From positions 69,232,788 to 69,296,787 of the forward strand of contig CM120640.1 of assembly GCA_051362555.1 (NCBI GenBank): 64,000 nt of DNA. Reading direction: 5' to 3'. Below the pieces are notes generated by a model, which was given only the letters and a program-made list of their open reading frames with translations, ran no database searches and was not told the origin of the DNA. The DNA is from Lingula anatina (taxonomy: Eukaryota > Animalia > Brachiopoda). Both the position numbers and the translations under genes were made by a program. This document shows, one piece after another, positions 12,928 to 26,000 of the stretch (the first letter of the stretch is position 1; every line of letters starts with the position of its first letter).

Positions 12928-14979
12928 TATATGTACACTGTATGAATTCTCTTTGCATGAGAGAGATATATTTGTGTTAATGTCTATATGACATCTGAAA
13001 GCACGTAAAAGAGAGAGAGATGGAGAAAGATTGAGAGAGTACAGAGGCTGTCAGAATAGGCACCACACACTGTAGTCAGCAAGAGTTAGGATAACCTGCA
13101 CAGTACACTTCATGCCATCAGTAAATCTACATAATTAAATAGTTTATCCAGTTTGACACATTGACAAATGGCTTGGTGACACCATTTTGCCATTCATATT
13201 TGGGTTGGGTCACAGCAAAGAAATCAATCATGAACTTGATAGTATTGAAAAGTGATTTAAACCCAACACTAAAAGCTCAGACAAAGGGAAGTGTCTGGTA
13301 TGATGAAGGATTGTTTCACATCTTGAATGTTAAAATTGGCTGAAATCAATTGGAAGAGAAAATACGTTGACAAAAGAACTTTGATGACAAATTATTCATC
13401 ACGGAGGCTGGTCGTTTGTTACCTCCTTATCAAGTCATCTTGTTACATTGGGGATTTCCAGGTTGGGCAGTGGGCATGCATGTTTAACATACTGCTTACA
13501 CAATCTTATGCAGGTCCAAGGCACGTGCACTGCCCCCTCTTTCTCCAAAACAAAATGCCAGACTAAGCACCCAGTCTCTCCTGAGAGAGGTAGAGAGATT
13601 AATACTTTGAGGCTAGCTAAAATATTGTAAAATGACACAAATTCCATCTTGGCTGCAGAAAGGAGTGGAACCCTCCCAAAACCATCACCACATCCCAAAA
13701 TTCTAGATCCACCAGTGATTTTTGTCCACCAGGAATTGGTTCTGTATTGTGAAAGGATGGGAAATTGGAATGGTCATTTTCAAATGGGCTTGGAAAAAAC
13801 TGTTGGCTTATATCTGGAAGTTTCAAGCAAACACATGTAAAGAAAAGACAAATAGAATATATAAGAGTCATACAAGTATGTTACATACACACCATAGGAT
13901 GAAGAGACAACGGTGAGAACCTTTTATCTGTTAATTGTAAATGGAACATCTGTTGATGGATTCAGGATTGCTGATATAATTTGCTGACCAAGAATAAAGT
14001 GTGTTCACATGTGCCTCCACTGCCCTCAGTCTTTTCTGTTCACCGGATAATTACCAGCACAGACCCCTCTCTTAATACCACACCATATTCTTCATGACAA
14101 TCATGGACATCCCTACCAGAGCCTATAGGCAATGTACAGTGTATACGTAAGCACTATAATAGGAGCCATGTATACTTTAAAGTACAGCAGATCTCTAAGA
14201 TCAATGTCTTAATCATGGGGAAACATCTCACCCCGCATGAACCTAGTGATTCTTCTATCAATGATACCTAAATCATACACCAGAGAATGGGGAACTGACA
14301 GACAGGCAATGATCCTTGGCCATGGGGCTCCAGACCATCGCCTTTTAACTTAGATCTGGCATTGGTCGGACATAACACATTGCAAGCACAGTCATCACGT
14401 CCTCTGCAACTTACAAATAGGATTTAGATGACTTTATGGCTCGGTTCAAGTGATTTATCCATCCCTTTTTCTTTTCAAAATGATTTCCCATGACGAATGT
14501 TTTCAGCCTTTGTCCAGTCAAAAGGGCAATGGCCGCAAGTAAGAGTGACCCTGCATTATAACATGAAATAGCTGTAAAACAGAGCACTTGCTGAAGCAGC
14601 AAAAACAAAAGTAGAATAACAATCACATTATTATGTACCATGGGCATGGGGCCCAATGTCTACTCCTTATTGCTGCAGTGGAAGCCAATATATGCTAGAT
14701 GTACTTGCATACTAAAATCTCAAAATTTACACATCAAATTCTGAAAATAGCATGTGTACCTATATATCAATGATTTAAATATCAAAGTTATAAGTAAACA
14801 AGTCAAAGTATTAATTAAAAAGAGTATGCATGGGAAGGCATGTAGATTCTAAGATACCATCTTGAGAGTCTTTTTACTGCATACTCCAATTCAAACAGTG
14901 ACTTGGACAACAGTATCAGCTTACAAATTACTGTGAAAAAACTTATGAACTTCTGTGATTCTATGCAGAGGTGTAACAC

Positions 14980-15281
14980 CATCAATTAAGATGCATGTTG
15001 GTCAGCATGCATGTTTGACAGCCTTTTAAAAGAAGTAAAGAAAAGAAAGCTCCAATGGTAGGGACAAATAACGGGATCAAATGTTTTTGAAAAAGTAATG
15101 CCCCAAGGCACAGTTGAAGGCAGGAGGTATAAAGCCAAACACAAACAGCTTTGGAAAGAAAACATTAAAGAATGGACAACCATGAGCTTCTCCCAGACCC
15201 AGACAAAGGCACATATCAGAAAAGAATGGAAAAGCTTGGTATAGGAATGTCAATGCTGCACCTCCAAGATTCCATATTATG

Positions 15282-15313
<32 letters not shown>
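14980..15313 (+). mobile_element. Decayed RTE-clade LINE 3' fragment with a (GA)n tail
   Basis: Frame from 15011 reads MFDSLLKEVKKRKLQW*GQITGSNVFEKVMPQGTVEGRRYKAKHKQLWKENIKEWT...RKEWKSLV, resembling the RTE C-terminal pattern KRKLxWxGH...QGxVEGxR...WxDNIKEW; ends in (GA)n at 15287-15313. Confidence 0.8.
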
Positions 15314-15321
<8 letters not shown>

Positions 15322-18300
15322 CAAAGGTAGAATGGTACATGTAGCTAGCTTTAGCTGGAATCTTTCCAATCAATTCCATTCCACCTCACTTCTTCACAGG
15401 CAGAAGTTCACATCGTCTCTGCTCCTAGTTTTCTATTGAAAGAGGATGACCAGATTAATTATTTCTAAATAATGAAATTATATGCCCAGCATAAGAGCAT
15501 ATTGCATTTTGCCCTGGCTCTGTAATTTGTGGCAGATGGGGCACGAAGGTCATAAAAAGACATTTCTTCTTCATGTAATTGTCAATAATTAGTCTCGTAG
15601 GAGCACAGCTGAAGCATTTGTTTTCTTGTAATGACTACCAAGCTGTCAGATAATAATGGATAGTGACAAATTTCTTCATATTCTCTCCCCATAATGGTAG
15701 TCTTTTTCAGGAGTTTGGCAGTAATGTTTTGTAAATGGCCAACCCCAGCTTGTGAGCTTCACAAACAAAAATCCCAAAGCAGTGCATGGTAAATTACAAT
15801 CTTGGGGAAGACCCCTTTCAAACATGAGTGTCAGTCTGTGGCAACCATGAACAATTAAATGCTGAATGAAATTAAATGGCAGACCTTTTTTTTCAGGAAT
15901 TCAATCCAGAACGGTTCTCAGAAAACATTACCATTACCTTTATGCCAAACATACATGTATAAATCTAATGTACAGTATAACTGTTCCAGAAGGCCACTTT
16001 GTTTTCAAACATGTACCGGTAGCTTTCACTACTGAGGGGTACTTGCCATCTACCAGTGCGACCATTTGTTACATATCTGTTTATCTGTTATTTACACTTT
16101 GTAATGAAACTTTATACTGATGAAATGATAACTTTTTATTCTGTGCTGCATTTTTGGCAGTGCATGCTAATTTTAATTATTCAAATTGCACTCGTCCACT
16201 TATGTTATATAATTACAGGTAAGGCCATAAAACAAGTCGAGTGCACAATAAAGTGACTCTAATAAAAATAAACAAGTCTCGGGATTGTATTTGTGAACTG
16301 AACAACATGAAATGCAATTTGTCAACTTGAGTATCATTAACTTTTTCTTTTTACAAAAGATCCTTGACGCTGTCAGGTATTTTCTATTTGATACATGGAT
16401 CCAGTGCATGAACATGTCACAAAAAGCTGAATTTACAAGTAACATTTACCAACATAAAAATATATATCAATGGAATTGTTCAACATATTCACATTTTACA
16501 ATCAAGTCAAATATTTGAATAACTTGACGATTTTTAGTCATCTGATTTGATAATGGGTCCATACTTAACATATATGAAAGTAGGAAAAGCATTAAAAATA
16601 AAATCAGTAAAAGATTATAATGGGGATATGGTCTAACAATGAAAACTTATGTCAAGTTGTCAGGTTGATATGTGTAGCTGAATGGCAAGCATGTACAAGA
16701 TATGATTTTATCATTATAAGATTATCATTCTGCAGTATTGTTGGACCAGCTGACCTACTGTTAAGTTGCAACTTGATGACAGTTTTCCCCCTTATGTACA
16801 TTCAGATGACAGGGATTAATACCCATTTCTATATGTAAAAGGTTTTCAACACACATTCAGAACTTTATCTAATTTAATACATGTACACATACAACATAAA
16901 TGATGTATGAACAAAACCGAGGAGAAATCAAAACTTATCATTGAAGAAAGCAAGGTCAGGATCATAGTTCTGCCACCAAAATTTACAACATCCAAGAATC
17001 TGCACATTATTCCCTCATTTGACCAGAAACTAGTCATAAAAAAACCAATGCTTTCTAAAATTCATAACCCTATAACTATGCTCCATAATGACTTTTGTTC
17101 TGTAGGACCATGATAAATCTAATGATTCTATTGCTCAGAATGAGCCATTCCCACAAATGGGCCTTTGACGATAAATTAGAGCCCTAAAGCTCAGGAGAGT
17201 GCTCAATTTCCGGAGATGGAGCATGATCGCGATTTTAACTGCTATCGTTTCGACTGCCCGATCCATTTACCTGTCTACTAAGCACCATTTGCCAGGGCCC
17301 ACTAGCTGAAGCAACACTTCAGAATTATTCTTCTCACAGCCTCCAAGTGTGAGGCTGTGCTATCTCTTGGACCGCCCTACTCCATACTCCAACCAGTTAA
17401 ACCTGCTAAGCGAGCACAGATGACTGGGAAATCATCCATTTCCAAAGGCTCTCTGATCTGTCTTCATTATGAGCACAATTACCCAGATGTCTGTGTTTGC
17501 GAGACACTCTGGGTAACATGGGACGCAACCTCAGACAGTTCTGGAACGAAAAAATGCAGTACACATCTCAGGGTTTATACAATGTACCTACGCAATGATG
17601 GAATGGGATCATAACATCTTAACTGTTACATATTATCTTCATTATATTACTAGAAGTAGACAGCAAAGCTGCCAAATATACATGCAGAGACTGAACAGAA
17701 AAAACACTGCAACAATATTTACAAAAAAAAAAAAATCTCAAAAATAAACTGGTTTTCAAAAATAAACCCATTTTTACCAATAAATAAAAAATAAATAAAA
17801 AAATTAATCACACAGCAAATTTTGAAGCAAATTAATCAGATAATGCTGATTTCAAAAAGAACATGCATTATAAACGTAATGTCACAACTTCATCGACAAC
17901 ACAGTCAGACCATAATGCAGACACATAGTCTGTATATAATAAAAAAAAGCCTTTCTGAATGACCTTTTGGTAAATACATGCATGGAATATAAATCTAAGG
18001 ATCCAAAATTTCATGAGATAAAAGTTTCACTCTAAAAATTGAACTATGCAAATATTGTCCTTTTTCTACATGATCAGAAGACAAGGCACCATTTCTGAAT
18101 TTTTGACTTGTGCTTATTTAAGATGTGCAATATATGCTGTGTTCTTAATAATTAAAAAGTTGATTTCAGTGTTTTATCCAACTGATACTGTTCAAGACTC
18201 TTAATTATTTTTTACACATGCTGTATCCGCCCCTCCCCCAACATACATAGAGTAAACCTACCTAACACTTTCTTCTTTGTCACTCCCTAGTCTCATTTCA

Positions 18301-18744
18301 AATAATTATATTTCTTTTTGCTTTATTTCATTTTAGGCATCCAACCCTTAATTTAATGGGGACAAATAATTTAAGTTTGCGCTTACAAGTTATAATATCT
18401 TTGCAAATTATTCTGGAAAGGATTATTGACAAGTTTACACAAGTCTATTAAATGTACCAATGTGGTACATGGAGCAGTTACTTGGATTTCTTTGCTCATT
18501 TGAAATTAAATAATGGGTCAGTAAGTCCAGACCAAGCAGCAAAATTTAAACATCAACTTAAAGCGAAATTTGAAAAAGTTAAGAAAATAGTGACAAACCA
18601 ATAAAAACAGGGTCCAAATGCAATACCTCTTAGTTGATGCATGCAGAAGTGTATGCTGTGGTTAATTCCCAAAAATGTCAAAACCCTGTTGATAATGGAA
18701 TAGAAGAAAAAAAAAAAGAAAGAACAAAAACCTATTGTAGAAAG

Positions 18745-20437
18745 TTTTTCAGTTCTCACAAGTAATTTTATTCATACACTTATACTCCACATGATTTATT
18801 ACACAAAAATTTACTCAATGGCATATAATATACAATTGTTGCCAAAAAGCATGGATTTCCTATAGCACATGATCTGATTTTTTTAATTCTGGCACATATT
18901 TATATTTTTAAGCCATTAAAGTGACGAACTTTCCTGTGACATGTTGATTATGGTAATGACTTGATCTTTTCAATGGGCGAATACAAAAAATAATTTGGGA
19001 ATCTTAACAAATAATATTACTTTATAGCATTCCTGGTATTCATAGTGTATAGAATTAGAAAGATAGGGTACGCCGCTTTTCAATTTTGTTGCTGCCACTC
19101 AATGGAAATGTTCTAATTTTAAGAATTTATTACTTTTAAAAAAATCAGTATCTGTAAAATTCACAATTTCCCATTGAAATGATTGAGCCACCACTGTAAT
19201 TGTTATATCAATAATATTCTTAAGTAGCATATATTTTTATTTATTTGTTCTACAAATGTGGTAAAGCAAGACTTTCGATTCACTCAGAAGATTACTGTGG
19301 CACATGATCACATGATATTGAATACAAATGTTACATGTATTGGAGTGAAATGAGATTACTTGTCGATACGATTGTTTGTAATACACAACAATCTGCACAG
19401 GATTTTTGTTTTAATAAATATAACATTTTCATCCCATCTTCTAGCAAAATGTAAAACATTCTTTTTTAAAAAACCGTTCAAAGGGGGAAATGGTCAACCA
19501 TCAAATAAAATGCCACAGATAAAGGAATAGGGCAACATAACTCCCTGATACACAATGTACATGTGAATACCACAATATATTCACACACAGTGCAACAATT
19601 GAGATTATCTTCAGACCATTGCTACAACATTTTTTTTTCATTTCTTATCATGTTTGATGAAGTACCTTGGACAAAACAGGGGCATACAATATGCAAACTA
19701 TCAAATGCATTCACATCAACATGATCCAAGTAAAAACACATTGTTCTATTCATATTGTATGTGTTGATCATAAAAAGTCTGCCTATATCAGAACAGCTTT
19801 TAAATCAGTACAAACAGAAGCTGTTGCAACAAGATATTGACTACCAACTGAGATCATTTTACTTATAAAAATGACCTTTTTTGAAGGTTTGTCTGTAACA
19901 CAATGAAAACCAAAGAGATTTTTGTCTCTCCTGCAGCACAATGGACCCATTTTTGAAGGCCATTCACTTTACAAAAATTAAAAAAATTAAAACATAACTA
20001 CAAAAGGCATGGATACACCTTTATTAAAAAAAAAAAAATGTACAACAAAACAACTCTGTAAAAATCAATTAAATTAAGTAGTTTATATTACCCAGTTAGA
20101 TTATAAGTCAAAGTTCAAATGAGTATTTTGCCCATAAGTATATATTAAGACCATAAATTAATGAAAATCTCTAACTACCACTATGTACCTAACTGCCATT
20201 GTAACACAGTATCTAAGCAAACTATAAGAAAAAATCTCTAAATACTTGATCATACTCGTATACCAGTATATCAAAATCAAAGACATCAGGGGGAATTTTG
20301 TATTAAAATAAAGACTTGAGTTTTATGACTTCAGTGTTTATGACAATTACATTAAATTACATGTACCAGTAGCTGATAAAATTACTAAAAATTTGAGATC
20401 ATACACAGGGGCTAATACTGCACACACACACACACAT

Positions 20438-20472
<35 letters not shown>

Positions 20473-21820
20473 AACACACACACACACACACACATAAACA
20501 CACACACACACACTTGGTACAGCATTACCCAAGTACATATATACATTGAGCAGAGAAAGAAAAGAATTTAAAGCATGATAGACTCCCATCATAAGCTAGA
20601 GTAATAGCCAATTTACTGATGGATGGTGAAACACAATATACCAGGAGTTTCTAAACAAAAATTCCACTTCGAGTTTTATAATCCAAATGTACCTCAGACA
20701 GTAAAATAATTTATTCAATTAAATGTTTATGCCCAACATTTTTGTTTTGTGATAAAAATTAATGGGAGCCACCCTACATAAGGATGCATTTTTGTGCGTC
20801 AGCTCATGCTTATGCCCACACACATGTACTGGTTAAATAGACAAAATCATTAAAGCTGGGTAGAAAATGAAGGCTTGGCTTAAAGGCAAACTTACAAAAT
20901 AGGAAAAGCAGAAGTAGATACATATTGCAATGAAATGAACACTTGATTGCTTGTGATGAAAGATACCAGTAACTAATATACATTTCTATAAACACCTCAA
21001 GCCAGACAAATGAACCATTTTAATAGTTAAAATAAACTTTCACAAATACTATACATACCATGTATACAGACAGAGATCCATTTTCATTGAGTACCATATA
21101 CAAGTATTTGTGGTACTGTCACTAATAACATCAACAGAAAACACTGAGCATAAAGCAGTCTATGAATGGCAGTTGTTCTAAAAACATACAAACATACATA
21201 CAACACTCACACACTCAAATATGCACATACTCATACACACGAGCATATGCACACACTCACACACTCATATGCACTGGATGTCTGTGGACACATGTACTGT
21301 GGACAGAAGACTGACTCAAATCTTTTTCAATGTACAGAAATGCATTTACAATCAGAATTTCAGACCATTATAATTTACATTTGTCTTATCATATACAGCA
21401 GCACAATGCTACCAACACAAACATCTCTATTAACCAACACAGCAAGCTGAAATCACAGATATATGTGGACTGGCCCAGAACTAACACTCAAGTTTATGAA
21501 AGCCAATTATGATTTTAAACTTGTGTCTAAACTGTCAAAACATTAGGTCAAGAATTACAGTTTTTTCTACAACTTACATTTGTATCACTGTATATGTATA
21601 CCCAAGTTTTCTTTAATATTTTCAGCAATCTATTTTTACATACAATATGTCAGCATACAGGCCTTTTTTGGAAGAGAACTTGAGATACATATAATGAATC
21701 TACATTTTTTTTTCTTTTTGACGCCAAACAAATTCTTTAAAACCAAACAGTAACTTAACATTCACACTTCATACGTTATCTTCCAAATAATTTCAAAGTT
21801 CCAAACTGCTACTCATAATC
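18745..21820 (-). other. Probable INPP5F 3' UTR (about 3 kb) with candidate poly(A) signals
   Basis: Minus-strand AATAAA at 18767-18772 and 18795-18800, followed by a U-rich tract (plus-strand A-rich 18700-18730); alternative AATAAA near 20020 and 20711. Confidence 0.4.
20421..20513. repeat. Interrupted (CA)n microsatellite in the probable 3' UTR
   Basis: CA run with recurring TAAA interruptions. Confidence 0.95.
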
Positions 21821-23009
21821 TTATAGTTCTATGATCGTTGTTTTATAGTTCTGGAACTTTCGATCAGATATGTTTCTTTTCCTTTCCGATTCTTTTGTCA
21901 GGAACTGTTTAGATTTGATTTTTGGAGAGGGCAGACCAGTCAGTTTCACATTTAACATTTTTGTTTTCAATCTAGAAAATGCTGAGGTGTTCCCCTCCTG
22001 TGGCTGGTTGCTAGGCAACACAGCATCAGAAGTCTTGTTTGTTAGAGCATTCAGGGCAAGATGGTTGCTTTCAACATCATAAACAATTGCTCCATCGCTA
22101 AAAGAGGTTTTCATGACTGGGTGATAAAGTCGATCTCTTTTTGCATTAAGTGCCCCATCCTGACTGTAGGAATCTGGGAGTTTAGCTGATGCAATTCCAT
22201 TATCCTCCCTCTGGTCCTCATCAGAGCTTTCAAAACCATCCTCAAATGCTGGGTTTTCCAATTCTTTCCCACAGTTAGAAAATGTATGCCCAGTTCTTTG
22301 AGATGCACTGGGAAATCGTTTAATTTCAGACTTCTCAGACTCTGGTGAACCATAGTGATTCTCTACAAAGACAATGGCTTCTGCTGAACGAGATAGAACT
22401 TTAGAAAGACGATGTTCAGATTTTGAACTATCTGGTCTAATGATTGACCTTGATCGTGACATACGAGATATGACTTCTTTTGGATCTGGGTCGTCTGCCA
22501 CTGAAAGTGTCCTTGATCTCATCATTGAGCTAACAGCTTGTCTTGGAGAGGCCACTATGATTCCACAGCTGGGCAGAACGGCACTGTCTGGCTCCACAGC
22601 TTCAAGTTCAAGGTCATCCTCTGGTGACGACACAACACTTGCTGACAGCTCCTCAGCGCTGCCTTCAGACTCTCCAGAAATTTCAAAATTTGGCCTCTCT
22701 TCATCCTGTTTGTTATCGTCTGCTCCTATCTTCTGTTCTTTGTCTATAGATTGTTCCCGAGATAAAATATGAGGCAGCTTCATCCCCTTCACGGGGATTT
22801 TGAGATTGTATGGTAATTTTGCAATGTGGTGGACAGGATTCAGCGTGCTAAAAGTCCTCCTAGCGCTGGACATCCTGTCTCCCAGACCTACCACGATGTT
22901 ATCAAGGAGTTTGGCTGAGGCATCCCTGGGAAGAGAGAGTCTGGAAAAAGCAGTCGTCTGCACCCGAGATGAGATGTCAGTTACTCCAGGGTGGGGCTTA
23001 TATTTCTTC
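21821..23009 (-). CDS. INPP5F: INPP5F terminal coding exon (S/E/D-rich disordered tail)
   Basis: Acceptor ctctctaccag|G AAG AAA TAT; 1189 nt open frame KKYKPHPG...VLPSCGIIVASPR...FQNYKTTIIEL*. The 460-aa ORF in the track extends artificially into the intron up to 23203. Confidence 0.92.
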
Positions 23010-26000
23010 CTGGTAGAGAGAAAATATGATATAATATTTATTCTACACAATGACTGTATACTAATATAATGGAAGAGTTGCATTGTTGTTAAATGTGTCA
23101 CATTCTGGTTATAATTATAGCACATTAATTCAGAGATAAAACTTATTAAACAAGTTATTTTTTTTACTTGGAGGGCAATGTACGATTGGAGGGCAATGTA
23201 CATAAATCATTGGGCTAAAACTAATTAGATGCAAACCATAAACATTTTAAGGCTGCTATAAAGGGTATTAAAGTCATCAAAATAAATAACCCAAAAAATA
23301 AATTAAAAAGAAATTGTAGTTGCTTTACTGTTGCTGAAAGGGTATTTTTCAGAGTCAAAAATGAAAATGTTTAATAAAATGAAATCAGTTACTGTGACCA
23401 AGACAGATTTTACCAATACTGGGTACATTTTAGAACAAAAATACTTCAAAACAAGGTCACCGACACCTGTCACTTGTGAGATGCTGATTCTGACGTTTTC
23501 ATATATGATATATCCTTTTCTTTCATCTCTAAATTACTGAGCCCCAACTGTAAAGCTGACAAAATTTGAGCATAAAAAAAGTAGGCAAAAAGAATGGTTA
23601 CCTCTCCAGTTTCTTATCCATTATTATCAACTGCCTGCCAGTAAGACCAATTGCAGCAGCAAATGTTTGAGCAATTGCTCGGAAAGATTCTGCAATTATA
23701 AAAAGAAATGTCACTGAAAATATCCAATACAAATATAAGTGAAAAAATATGCAACTTCCATAACTTTCAAGTTACATTAAGATGTTTGGATGACAGTCAT
23801 GTAATATGGATGCAAGAGACCTCAAAAGAATGCTCGTGATTTTGATTACGATATATGTATCTTGGCAATTAAAATGTTTATATTATAAATACATGTAGCT
23901 TTGCAACAATATATGTATATTAATTAATCTAGATGAAAATAATGAATAATTTTGATTTAAATAATCATAGAAAATCACAGGCTCACCCACACGCACCCCT
24001 ACCCTAAAACATACCCAATATTCCATGCTTACCTTTAGCCTCGTCTTGATTGGTCACTGCTATGACAATGTTGTTAAACAGCCTGCTATTGGTGGATCTA
24101 AAAGTGTAGCTATAATTCTGTTGTTGGTTTCGGTAGTTAAAGCGGATACACTGGAACTTAGACTTCAACACGGCTGGCTCAGGACCTGAAGGTTGTGACA
24201 TGGAGCTATGTTTACATTGGGAAATATATACAAGGTGAACCAAAATCAGACGCTAGTGCCCCTTAAATAATCTTAAGCAACAATTTCAGATCACAAACTA
24301 TCTAACATGGTCTTAATGAATAAGACTATTACTGGACTGACTTCTGATTAAGTTGTCTCATCCTGCCATTGGGATCAGAGGTGTCATCCATTGTGAGGGG
24401 AGGAAATTGCTTAAACACTCAACTAGATGGCAGATCATTTTTTATCTAAAAGAGCAGAGTCAGTACATTTTAAAATAATTTTTATAATATTCAAGACCGT
24501 GGAAGATAAACTGAATTTACTGTTTAAAACCATTTCAAATTCTGAAAAGTTATGAGTTTGGGGTTTCCTGGAGAAACCATCCATTATCTGCTTGATAGAT
24601 CACCAGTGTACATAACATTATAATCATTGCAGGAGATTTTTTAGTAAGGACAGAAAAAAATTTGATCAGAAATGGTTTCAAAAATAGCAGCACTGCAGTA
24701 GAGTATGTCTTAAATCTGATACAAGTCATTTACCTTAAGGAAAGTATAGTAACTAGTTCAGCTGAACTTCAATGACTTGAAGTATAATGTACAGTGTAAC
24801 TGCACTATATTTTCCTAGAAGATGAGATTCGAGCATGCTGACATTTGAACAAAATTTTTTTTCTATTCAATTAGTTCTGCCTGTGATGTGCAAGTGCTTG
24901 CAGACAGAATACTGTGACCTTCAAATAATGGAGATAGCATGCAACCACATCTTCTTAGATTACATGGAGTCTTAGATATGAAATTTGACTGCAATCAGTC
25001 AAATGTGATCGTTTAATCCTATGCTGTGGTCTAACATCTCCTTTGATGTATAAATGCGTGGGACTACATGACTCTGTGGCTGATGCACAGGACACAAACC
25101 AGTCCCTGAGAAAGTCTCTAAGAATTCTTAATTACCAATCTCAATGCTGAGCAGGCTATCCAGTGGAATCTTTTGAAACTGGGTCACTTTCTCCGCCTCA
25201 TCATCATAACTGAAAGCAAGATATTGAGAAAATGAATGATGTATTTAATTGTTAAAACAGGAATAATATCAAATTGTATCAAATTTGATTTTTAATTTCT
25301 TTGAATAATGTCACTGGCAGAAAAATGAACTCTTGTTAGCTTACCTTGCAACATAGAAATGTGTCTGAGTCAACAACAATATGGTGTCCATATCAGTTTG
25401 CCCTGAGTCACTGAAAAGGAACCAACATGTCAAAACTTCGCAAAACGGCTTTTATAAACTGGTAACTAAAGTTTTATCACTTTTGGCCAACCAAATAGTA
25501 AATTATTAAATTATTAAATTCAATGAAAAGAGACAAAAAGTACAGATATAAACGAAATAAAGAGAACATTGCATAACCTGTTCTCCATATCAATAAGAGC
25601 CCAGCCGCCAAGACAGTCTTGATCATCAGACAACAGCAGCTTCTTGCTCTGGTCTATCATCACCTGGAAAACATGAAATAAATCATATTGAACTAGTCAT
25701 TATCACTCATGAGCTGACCATGGTTTAGTTTTTGTTTCATTTTTTCATTTTTCTTCTTATTTTTGTCTTGAGAAATACACAATTTGTCACCTATAATGTT
25801 TGCACAGCTTGCTCCCCACTACAACTACAGTAAGCCTGATCTGGACATACATATTTTGACTGAAACAGGTTTTACAAATAGCGATTCTTTTGCTTCTAGA
25901 AATATCACTCCAAATTAGGCTAAAAATTCCTGGTATATGTGTCTGAAATGTTCTGGAAAATATGGAATATATTTTTCACCTTGACATACTCCTCCTTCTC

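Noticed and set aside
17415-17465. SECIS-like ATGA...AAA...TGA
   Set aside because: Helix II geometry does not fit, and there is no plus-strand selenoprotein gene
21870-23069. Plus-strand ORFs of 70-132 aa
   Set aside because: Antisense shadows of the INPP5F last exon
23010-23203. N-terminal ~64 aa of the 460-aa ORF
   Set aside because: Intronic read-through upstream of the acceptor at 23010-23011; includes a short direct repeat (TTGGAGGGCAATGTAC x2)
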